DNA from: Tubiluchus corallicola
Lineage: Eukaryota > Animalia > Priapulida
Length of the DNA: 64,000 nucleotides
Direction of reading: 5' to 3'
Assembly (NCBI GenBank): GCA_030141605.1
Contig: JAQGDQ010000419.1
Span: forward strand, 124,001-188,000
Shown: positions 41,201-47,826 of the stretch, in pieces
Layout of the letters: each line of letters begins with the position of its first letter
How positions within the stretch are numbered: position 1 is the first letter of the stretch
Program-made: the position numbers and the translations under genes
Notes under the pieces: model-generated
Told to the model about the DNA's origin: nothing
Databases searched by the model: none
What the model saw: the letters and a program-made list of their open reading frames with translations, nothing else

Positions 41201-43964
41201 GTTGGGATTTGTCAAAATTTGCAAGGAAAAAACTTGCAAGAAGATAAATTTAAGCATTACAGAAGTGTGATCTCACACTTTTTCGATTACGTGTCCTGGT
41301 AAATGTATAATAAATGTCCTCTAATCAAATGTAGTAACAAAGCTGTCGTCACACAGTGCATAATAGACACTTTCAAAGGCATAGGAAAAATTATTCAAAT
41401 AGGTAAGTAGGAATTACTCTAGCATGAAAATAATTGTAAATACAGAACTGGTTGACGAGCTGTAAGAAATGAATTAAGACCCACTATGTTTACAAAGGAA
41501 CTGCGTGGTCTAGAGTGCAGCACTGTGCTCATAATACATTGTCCGTGACTCGTAAACTGGCTCAATACATACCTATTCATAATCACGAAGTTACGACTAA
41601 CTACAGTAACTGCACCCGCAGACCTAAATATTACTTACTTTCTGTTTGCTCTAATGACTAAAATAACTATACACTGTTGAGATTGAAAACATTTGATGGA
41701 AAAATTTCTTGTTGATTTTATTGTTTCAATTTTGTTTTATTGATTTTATTGACTTCTTGTTGAAAAAAATTCTGCTAAGCAGCATTTCCACTTGAGAGAG
41801 CTTGAAAGACAATGTAAATGTAAAACACGTGAGAAAACTTACGATAAAACAACTAACAGAGGTTTATCAAGAGGTCTTCATGGGCAAAAAGCCTACTTAT
41901 ATGTTTTGCCCTGTCAGTCTACGGAAAATTGTCAGTCTTTATTCTTCAGTCCAAGACAACAAGTTACAGAGAAGTTGTGTAACAGCTTTAAGAATTTACA
42001 ATTTAACGTACATTTTTCTTCAAAACAATTTCCCTAGAATAAAATCAAATTTAACAACTTGCCAGCTTTGCAAAGCTCGATTGAGCATTCCAGAAGAATC
42101 TCCAATTCCCCTTTTGGCAGCACGGGAACCACCCAGCGAGGTCGGTTGATCATTTCATCTAGCTTTGCCAACTCCGTGTGCGGGAAATCCGGTTCGTGAT
42201 CTTCGGATGACAGTTCCTGGTTCGATGTCGATGGTTCCAACTTCTCCTCATTGTCAGCCTGAAACCAGGTCAAGGTCACAAATGAGCCCTAAACATTTGC
42301 TCTGTCAGGGTTTATATATACAAAGGAGGCGGGAAGGATAACCCTGCGGCCTAAATAAGAGTTGTGTTGAATGTTTTTGCATTCCTAGGCTACCTGAACA
42401 TTTAGGCTAAAACAAAAGCATCAAATTAAACATTTAATATAAAGTTCAACTACACAATCAGTTTATCCAAATGCCTAGGAGAAACGACTTAACCGTTTCT
42501 TTTGCAGGAAAACCTGTGAAATGTGAACAGAGCCGGAGGAAAACACAATGCACTGGATGGCATTGACAATGACAAGGATCTGCACTAGACCTTCCCTTTT
42601 CACAAGCTCAGGTTTGCAAGTGACTGGTGGTCTTACTGCTGCTGCGTATGAGTCTATTCCAGATAAAGCCACATCCACATGCACACCTGAGAAGACCACT
42701 GTATTCCCTTGTCAGTATTAAATTTTATCTCTTTAATTTCAATTTTATTATATATATACATTACAAACATAAGTAGGTATAGCAGTAATCAGATCACCAC
42801 CACTACTAACGATGCTATCAGCTCAAATTATTACTTGATATGGTAGTGGTATGTACGTAAATTAGTATGACTACTATACGACTATAGTTGAAGTTTCACA
42901 AGTAATTTCAAATCAGTGCTTGACATGCATGCTAATGATGTTGCCAAAAATATTGAATGTTAAAAGAATTATTTTGATATGATATGCTACCCATATGTAA
43001 CATTGGGCACCAATTTGATACAATCCGCTATTTAAAAAAAAATTCCAGAAATAGTATTTTTGTTTATGGCGGTTTACTTATATGAAACAGCTCACTTCAC
43101 AAATGTACTGAAATAAAGTCAAAATTAGTACAATCCACAGTAATTCAAATATTTTTTCTTTGTTGCCCTTTATCCTAAACAACGCATGGTCACATTCAGG
43201 TTAGAGTAGCCCAGTTCAGTCTGGTCCGTAACCATTTACGGAAAATCTGATTCCATCTTCTGTTCACGCATAGGACCAACTATTATACCTATAGTTAACA
43301 TTAATTTCACGGCAAGGAGTTTGGGGCTCAGTTTTTAGCTATTTTCTAGCGATAGGCATAAATGCCTCACTGTATCACTGCATGAGTGCGACAAAGTCTT
43401 AAGTGTCAGAACTGTAACAGTATCTAAAAGTTAAAAAAAAATTGCTCGATATTTAAGCAAATATCAGCAGTTCGTTATCTTGGGAAATATTGGAATTTTG
43501 CTAAAAACTGAGATATGTAATTTCGGGCATAGGACAACACATGTATCAATAAAAATGTTTGCGATTTTTCTATGCAGCTTGGATGCTGCAAACAAGTATT
43601 TTCTATTGCAAAATTTCTCTGATTTCCCGTTCTAGTAGCAGCAAATTTAAAAAGTGGTTTAACCAAATTACATTTTTATTATTACCAGCAATTGTTTGGG
43701 GTCTCATTGCTTGTGTTTGCACCTGCTGACTTTCTGGTGGAATGATATCAACAAACAAGTCAAACTTACTTGTTCAACTGCAGGTAATATCAACAAACAA
43801 GTCAAACTTACTTGTTCCACTGCAGGTGGTTGTTGACCATCTTGAGGTGACTGCTGCTGCGGCTGTTGTTGTTGCTGCTCTAGTGTCGAGGTGTCCGTGG
43901 GTGGGGACGCCGGTTGTGCAGGCATGTCAACAGAACCAGTCGTACCTCGAGCCACTACTGTCAT
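52..43964 (-). CDS. USP9X: Ubiquitin carboxyl-terminal hydrolase USP9X/FAF orthologue (partial; 38 coding exons in window, 3' end continues beyond position 1)
   Basis: Spliced translation follows USP9X/Faf colinearly: [45 protein letters not shown], Cys box [14 protein letters not shown], His box [32 protein letters not shown]. All exon junctions were read by eye and are phase-consistent with GT(GC)-AG sites. Confidence 0.97.
977..1117 (-). CDS. USP9X: USP9X exon 37
   Basis: WYKFDDGEV...[20 protein letters not shown]. Confidence 0.94.
1551..1689 (-). CDS. USP9X: USP9X exon 36 (USP His box)
   Basis: [23 protein letters not shown]. Confidence 0.94.
1823..2000 (-). CDS. USP9X: USP9X exon 35
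   Basis: VDTVKRL...[28 protein letters not shown]. Confidence 0.94.
2898..3039 (-). CDS. USP9X: USP9X exon 34
   Basis: [12 protein letters not shown]...[25 protein letters not shown]. Confidence 0.94.
3638..3811 (-). CDS. USP9X: USP9X exon 33
   Basis: [17 protein letters not shown]...[16 protein letters not shown]. Confidence 0.94.
4903..5314. mobile_element. hAT-type MITE
   Basis: TIR CAGGGGTGTGCAAA / TTTGCACACCCCTG and perfect 8-bp TSD CTTTACCA on both sides. Confidence 0.9.
5714..5886 (-). CDS. USP9X: USP9X exon 32
   Basis: [19 protein letters not shown]...[13 protein letters not shown]. Confidence 0.92.
6028..6619. mobile_element. Tc1/mariner-type MITE family A, with ~150-bp internal tandem duplication
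   Basis: Similar to 33919-34352 and 39368-39764; ends CACTC..TCTCGGTTTGC / GCAAACCGA..TGAGT. Confidence 0.8.
7040..7263 (-). CDS. USP9X: USP9X exon 31 (USP Cys box)
   Basis: [35 protein letters not shown]; donor GTAAAT inferred from phase. Confidence 0.92.
7780..8478. mobile_element. pogo/Tigger-like MITE family B
   Basis: TA-CAGTAAGTCTTCACTAAACGAC ... GTCGTTAAATGAGGACTTA; inverted relative at 27841-28576. Confidence 0.78.
8701..8911 (-). CDS. USP9X: USP9X exon 30
   Basis: [12 protein letters not shown]...[14 protein letters not shown]...LTEMYY. Confidence 0.93.
8981..9473. mobile_element. hAT-like element with nested family-A fragment (~9170-9375)
   Basis: 13-bp TIR CAGGGATGAGAAT / ATTCTCATCCCTG; TSD not clean. 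Confidence 0.7.
10791..10937 (-). CDS. USP9X: USP9X exon 29
   Basis: [20 protein letters not shown]. Confidence 0.92.
11126..11891. mobile_element. hAT-like non-autonomous element
   Basis: TAGGGAGCACCGA / TTGGTGCATCCCTA ends; near-TSD TTTGAAGCC vs TTTGAACC. Confidence 0.65.
12042..12188 (-). CDS. USP9X: USP9X exon 28
   Basis: [17 protein letters not shown]...[13 protein letters not shown]. Confidence 0.92.
12777..13067. mobile_element. Kolobok-like MITE
   Basis: TTAA-AGGAAAACTGG ... CCAGTTTTCCT-TTAA; inverted relative at 15192-15721. Confidence 0.72.
13317..13425 (-). CDS. USP9X: USP9X exon 27
   Basis: [21 protein letters not shown]. Confidence 0.91.
13460..13848. mobile_element. MITE family C (PIF/Harbinger-like)
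   Basis: ~370-bp family with inner IR AAAGGTTAAGTGTACCA/TGGTACACTTAACCTTT; four copies in the window. Confidence 0.75.
14028..14188 (-). CDS. USP9X: USP9X exon 26
   Basis: [14 protein letters not shown]...FVIDLLL. Confidence 0.91.
14815..14940 (-). CDS. USP9X: USP9X exon 25
   Basis: [26 protein letters not shown]. Confidence 0.91.
15192..15721. mobile_element. Kolobok-like MITE (inverted, longer copy)
   Basis: Ends CCGGTTTTCCT-TTAA; the start matches the reverse complement of 12980-13070. Confidence 0.68.
16098..16335 (-). CDS. USP9X: USP9X exon 24
   Basis: [21 protein letters not shown]...[13 protein letters not shown]. Confidence 0.92.
16449..16802. mobile_element. MITE family C
   Basis: GAGCCTTTTCACAG ... 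CTGAAAAGGCTC ends. Confidence 0.78.
17024..17178 (-). CDS. USP9X: USP9X exon 23
   Basis: VVYTLLMP...FVKSGG...NNFLPNADM. Confidence 0.92.
17398..17763. mobile_element. Palindromic (fold-back) element, Penelope-like terminal repeat pair
   Basis: Two ~165-bp diverged inverted arms (CATAAAGAA..CCCTTTAAATCTC / GAGATTTAAAGGG..TTCTTTATG), each carrying a hammerhead-like core. Confidence 0.65.
17445..17490 (-). ncRNA. Minimal type I hammerhead ribozyme motif
   Basis: Minus strand CAG-CTGACGA-A-GTCC(GCAAA)GGAC-GAAA-GCTT-CTG. Confidence 0.55.
17810..18195. repeat. 28-bp minisatellite (~13-14 copies)
   Basis: Unit CAGCAGTAAAAGCCACCACAGTCATGTC. Confidence 0.95.
18311..18441 (-). CDS. USP9X: USP9X exon 22
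   Basis: [25 protein letters not shown]. Confidence 0.92.
18502..19006. mobile_element. pogo/Tigger-like MITE
   Basis: TIR CAGTCAACCTCGG / CCGAGGTTGACTG-TA; fills most of a 620-bp intron. Confidence 0.82.
19062..19182 (-). CDS. USP9X: USP9X exon 21
   Basis: [19 protein letters not shown]. Confidence 0.92.
19242..20077. mobile_element. Tc1/mariner-type non-autonomous element, family H
   Basis: TA-CTGTAGGCGCC..TAGACTCA ... TGAATCTAA..GCGCCTACTG-TA; inverted relative at 36300-37706. Confidence 0.75.
20414..20551 (-). CDS. USP9X: USP9X exon 20
   Basis: [28 protein letters not shown]...CLPGV. Confidence 0.93.
20672..20783 (-). CDS. USP9X: USP9X exon 19
   Basis: [28 protein letters not shown]. 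Confidence 0.92.
21099..21729. mobile_element. piggyBac-type MITE
   Basis: TTAA-CCCTTTCACTAC ... GTATTGAAAGGG-TTAA. Confidence 0.8.
22490..22618 (-). CDS. USP9X: USP9X exon 18 (ubiquitin-like domain start)
   Basis: [32 protein letters not shown]. Confidence 0.93.
23200..23252. repeat. (TA)n microsatellite
   Basis: Direct reading. Confidence 0.95.
23578..23789 (-). CDS. USP9X: USP9X exon 17
   Basis: [16 protein letters not shown]...[10 protein letters not shown]. Confidence 0.93.
23813..24198. mobile_element. MITE family C
   Basis: AAGTCTTTTCACAATT ... AATTGCGAAAAGGCTT ends. Confidence 0.78.
24452..24567 (-). CDS. USP9X: USP9X exon 16
   Basis: GLDYLWRVV...[12 protein letters not shown]. 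Confidence 0.93.
24763..24857 (-). CDS. USP9X: USP9X exon 15
   Basis: [21 protein letters not shown]. Confidence 0.93.
25345..27365. repeat. 58-bp tandem satellite (~34 copies)
   Basis: Unit TTAAGCATGTGACAACTGACAACACACACTTCGTGAGCGACAGTACTCCTCTCTACCT. Confidence 0.97.
27642..27745 (-). CDS. USP9X: USP9X exon 14
   Basis: [20 protein letters not shown]. Confidence 0.93.
27841..28576. mobile_element. pogo/Tigger-like MITE family B (inverted copy)
   Basis: Ends GTCGTTAAGCGAAGACTTACTG-TA; internal similarity to the reverse complement of 7780-8478. Confidence 0.78.
28590..28827. mobile_element. hAT (Charlie/MER5-like) MITE
   Basis: CAGCGGTTCTCAACCTTT / AAAGGTTGGGAACCACTG. Confidence 0.75.
29000..29123 (-). 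CDS. USP9X: USP9X exon 13
   Basis: [19 protein letters not shown]. Confidence 0.93.
29632..29719 (-). CDS. USP9X: USP9X exon 12
   Basis: [30 protein letters not shown]. Confidence 0.92.
30476..30743 (-). CDS. USP9X: USP9X exon 11
   Basis: DRDAQKQEW...[14 protein letters not shown]. Confidence 0.93.
31100..31478. mobile_element. MITE family C (inverted)
   Basis: TAA-GCCTTTT ... AAAAGGC-TAA; reverse complement of the other copies. Confidence 0.78.
31907..32113 (-). CDS. USP9X: USP9X exon 10
   Basis: [26 protein letters not shown]...LDYSCSQ. Confidence 0.93.
32240..32386 (-). CDS. USP9X: USP9X exon 9
   Basis: [36 protein letters not shown]. Confidence 0.93.
32490..33435. repeat. 29-bp minisatellite (~32 copies)
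   Basis: Unit GTTACATGAATTTCATAGCATATCTATCT. Confidence 0.96.
33639..33749 (-). CDS. USP9X: USP9X exon 8
   Basis: [28 protein letters not shown]. Confidence 0.93.
33919..34352. mobile_element. Tc1/mariner-type MITE family A
   Basis: TIR CACTCATATCTCG / CGAGATATGAGTG flanked by TA. Confidence 0.87.
34494..34632 (-). CDS. USP9X: USP9X exon 7
   Basis: [19 protein letters not shown]...WLTAERMA. Confidence 0.93.
35993..36177 (-). CDS. USP9X: USP9X exon 6
   Basis: [29 protein letters not shown]. Confidence 0.93.
36300..37706. mobile_element. Family H element (inverted)
   Basis: TA-CAGTAGGTGCC..TAGACTCA ... GTGAGTCTA..GTCTACTG; subterminal match to 19242-19320. Confidence 0.7.
38985..39167 (-). 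CDS. USP9X: USP9X exon 5
   Basis: [19 protein letters not shown]. Confidence 0.93.
39368..39764. mobile_element. Tc1/mariner-type MITE family A
   Basis: TA-CACTCTTATCTCGGTTTGC ... GCAAACCGACATGTGAGTG-TA. Confidence 0.85.
40172..40277 (-). CDS. USP9X: USP9X exon 4
   Basis: [13 protein letters not shown]...RPPDIRTPR. Confidence 0.92.
40741..40966 (-). CDS. USP9X: USP9X exon 3
   Basis: [16 protein letters not shown]...LNPTN. Confidence 0.93.
42063..42258 (-). CDS. USP9X: USP9X exon 2 (ends at GC donor)
   Basis: ADNEEK...[29 protein letters not shown]...CKA G|GCAAGT. Confidence 0.92.
43812..43964 (-). CDS. USP9X: USP9X coding exon 1 (ATG; Gln/Pro-rich N-terminus)
   Basis: MTVVARG...PAVEQ, donor GTAAGT, phase 0; resembles the USP9X MTATTRG start. 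Confidence 0.85.
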
Positions 43965-45949
43965 CGTATTGGGATAGTTTGGACACAGCCTGATCAGTTA
44001 AAGTCGCCGTAACCGTGTAGTGACATGTACAACCTTATGTCATGTGGCTCCTTCTAGCCAGAGAAACGAGAAACTATGAAATGGCAAAGTTACCAATTAG
44101 GTAGTTCAATTTATAGCTGTGTCACTTTGTCCTATTAATTAAAATATCGTGTTATAAAAACAATAAATAAAATGCTACAGCAGAAGCAGAATGTTATGAG
44201 TACCAGGCTACAGAATGGGATGTCTATGTGCTAAGTTTCAAATGTAATTAGTAGACAGATGAAATCTCGACTGAACTGTGGTTCGTTCACTTGTTCGAAC
44301 ATGTTCACAGTCTACTAAATTTATCTCAACAGTAACTGAGCAAATACATGGCAAATGACTCTGTCAGAAGTAGCACCATCATACTCTATTATAATGCCCC
44401 TGCTGAAACATGTTATGTGCTCATTCATTCAAAATTTTAACAATTCTGTTTAATTCCATAGCCTTTGTCACCTTTTACTAATGAGCATATACAATTTTTG
44501 TACTACTGTATGTATTACTAATTACATGCAGGATATCTGAGGTTGACAATGAAAATACTTCTGTTTCTGTCTAATCACTCTAATGATTCTTTATAGCACA
44601 TATGGCCGGGAATTTTATCATTTTTTGTGCATTCATATACTTATGTGGTGCAGTTGTATAAAGTGTATTGTCTTAATTTAAAACGTAAAATGCAATAATC
44701 ATTACAACATTTTTGTTTTGGCTAGTATGGAGCCATGTTTTTTACAGATAACCCTTGGCATTTCTCATAAAACTGGCATTCATGCTGAACAGTGTTAGCC
44801 GTTTACACCATAATTATCATAATATACAATAATTTAAGACTTCATACTGTACAAAAAGGAAACTACACGATAATTATATGATAATTTAGTAATGCGAAAC
44901 AAAAAAAGTGAAAAAATGTGCACTGAAAAATTTAGAACAATACCAATAAACAGCGTGAAATAAACAATGTTTGTTTCAGCTTAATGTAAATATTCAATTT
45001 TAAACATTTGTAAAGCTTCAAAAAATTTTTTTTGCTGCATCAGACAGAAATAAAATTTTTTTGTAACCAGTCTGATATGAATTTTGTACATTAGGCAGCA
45101 TGCACTGCTGCCATCTTTTACAGAATTATGACTCGAATACGACATTTAATCACCTGTACTTGTTTGCAATGTCAGTCAATTTGGTTCACAAACTGCCACG
45201 TTAAAAGTACAATAATTTTGGCAAAATGAATTATTGGTAAGATCTGTTTATATAACGCAGTTTACAGTTACATACACCACAAATCACAAGTGGTTTTTAA
45301 TGGCAATTCAGCATTAATTCTTTGGTTCCTTTTATGGGACCAAAAATGATCATAAAAAAATCTAGAATAGATTTTAAATAGACTATACATGAAACACAAA
45401 TGATCTGAGACAATGTCTTAAATTTGAGCCTTCCCAAAAGACAATAAATGACAAAGAAATAAAATATAGGAGTATGTATATTTACTAAATAACCGAAAGC
45501 TAAATAGGTTTACTTGCAATCTTAGTTGCAGCATTTACAAATTACAAGCACAGCACAAAGCTGGGCAATCAACAAGACTTGATCGTGCTCAGAAAATTAA
45601 TTTATCAAAATGAGTCTGTCTGTATAGATATTTGATAACAGCAAAAATTGCTTGCCTCATGTTGTCTTTGCGGAAAGCTGTGCTGTTGTTGTAGTTATTG
45701 ATGAATATTAATAATGGGGCAGAAAGATATAGGTGGTAAATAATCCATCTTACTAGCCCGTTTAGGGCTAAAATTGAAACTTTTGTTTGAAAACAGGCTT
45801 ATAACAAACAAGAAATACAGAAACACTATTGTAACCAGTACCCTGTTAAGACAAATAAAGCAATGACGACATTCCAATCCTTGTGATTAATAATAGCAAC
45901 CCCAACCCGCACAAGATCGATCAGAATTCGTCAGTACATTACTGCATTT

Positions 45950-46300
45950 AATTTATCAAATTCTAGACCTTTGGGATCACTAAACAGCTCACATTCCCTA
46001 CTGTAATGTGCGAGTTCGAAAACGGTCTATGTACCTTTTTGCATTTTTTACCAGTGATAAAGAACAAGAAAGACTTAGAGGATGAAACATCGATTTCACT
46101 GTTTTTTTCTGAACAACATTCGGTAGTATGCACGAAGCGAAATCACTGTTGCTTTTTTCGTTTTCGGTTACACTGGTTCACTCAAGCGACGCTTTCACGA
46201 CTACTCTTTATTTTCCTGAAAACGCATAAAAAAGCCGGAGAGCGGCATATATAAATATTATCATCTTTAATTATTCGCACATAATGTTGTATTACATGGA
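45950..46300. promoter_or_regulatory. Candidate USP9X promoter / non-coding first exon region (divergent from protease)
   Basis: Local CpG enrichment against a CpG-poor background, TATATAAA near 46248, and minus-strand donor-like motifs near 46033-46052. Position only; not proven. Confidence 0.3.
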
Positions 46301-46938
46301 ATATAATACGGTAAGTGGTGCAATTTCTATTGGTATAATAGAATATGTTGTTAGCGGTGAATACTACATTTCATTAACCCATGTCATAGATACGCTTAAC
46401 ATATTTCAAACATAAATTATATGTATATGTATATTATAGAGGGTATAATTTTAACTGTTTAAAATTTACTGTGCGATTTTGTCTTGATAATTATCGTAAA
46501 TTTATGTTCGTCTTTTCATAAGGCTTAAGCACAACATATGAACAGAATACAGCACAGTCTGCCTGCAACGACGATCACACCTTAGTGAAGCTTAGAGAAT
46601 AAGATGATTAAGATGCAAAAAAAGAATATGCTCGCTTAAAACCCAGTATGACGATATTAATTAATCAAAGTTCCAATTAATAATAGCACATGATTATCAT
46701 AACAATGTCAAAATTTAATAAAAGCGTCAACGCAACAATAATAATATGACGGCATTTACATTTGTATCCATTTATCAGTAATGGGAGGTTCCCCCAAAGG
46801 TACCTCTAAAGTGGGAAAATCTGGAAAAGTGCCTCATTACTGTGCCGGTTGTGCCTCAGTGCACATGCCTATAGGATGTTACTGTGATTTAATCATTTAC
46901 TACAAAGACTCAGCAATTTTTATGAAGTGTGTATAACA

Positions 46939-46973
46939 ATGACAAAAGCAATAAATTACAATAACAACACGGA
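46939..46973 (+). CDS. Candidate first coding exon of the protease
   Basis: ATG...MTKAINYNNNT followed by GTAAGT in phase 2, matching exon 47720. It lacks a signal peptide, so the call is uncertain. Confidence 0.3.
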
Positions 46974-47719
46974 GTAAGTGCTTGACACCGTAAATACTCA
47001 AATCTTATCTGAAGCAAAGTTGAGAGCTTTCAGCTTGTTTTTGTAAAACTGTTGACTTACCATAGATGCTTCACAACAATGAAAATAACTTGATTAGAAA
47101 AAATGACGTACCACATGGTGTAATGCAGTTGAATTATACTATATGATATTAGTGGATGATACGCAACGTTTTCCAACTAAATTTGTTTTAATGCATTGGA
47201 TAGCTTAAAACTGCCTTTTGTTCAAGTTTAATCCAACTCGTCAGTTATACTAGAGTTTTAAAATTCGTCATGAGTATTAGTAACTGGTCTGCATAAAAAC
47301 AAGGATCCTAAGCGCAGAGAACTCACGGTGTTATCTCATAATGGTACTAATGATTGTATTCGTACCCATTGCTGTTTTCACTCAGCTAGTATCTGTAATT
47401 CATAAGTTTTGATTCTGCTATCAATTTTTCCCTTCAACTATATTCGAATATGCGTATTTAACTCCAGTTTGCGCAACTTTCAAACTGCTGCCCAACAATT
47501 AGAATCTTTGAATTCATGTGTGGACAATGAACAATGCAATTCTAGAATATGAATAATGTGGTTTCAATAATAATTATTATTGATTCTATCACTTTTGTTG
47601 GCTAATACTACCCGTAATTAACATGCTATTATTTTTGCTGAAAGTAAACCACAAATGCCTCACAATATAGCAACTGTGTTCGTCTTATACTGCACTTCAT
47701 GGCTTGTATTTGTTACTAG

Positions 47720-47826
47720 TGAATCAAGAGACAAGACCTCTGGAAGTCTGATGTATAATGCAACGTTAAATTCGAAAAACGAGAAAGAACCACATTTCAG
47801 CTCTACTGAAAGTTTTCTCAACAAAG
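47720..47826 (+). CDS. Protease pro-region exon (tentative)
   Basis: AG...GT bounded, open (ESRDKTSGSLMYNATLNSK...), exits in phase 1 matching the IIGG exon. Confidence 0.55.

Noticed and set aside
42475-42720. GC-richer intronic patch with open frames on both strands (nested gene or alternative exon?)
   Set aside because: No recognisable motif or convincing splice-site pair; USP9X exons 1 and 2 already join in phase
52-43964. U12-type introns in USP9X
   Set aside because: No RTATCCTT donor at any of the junctions read
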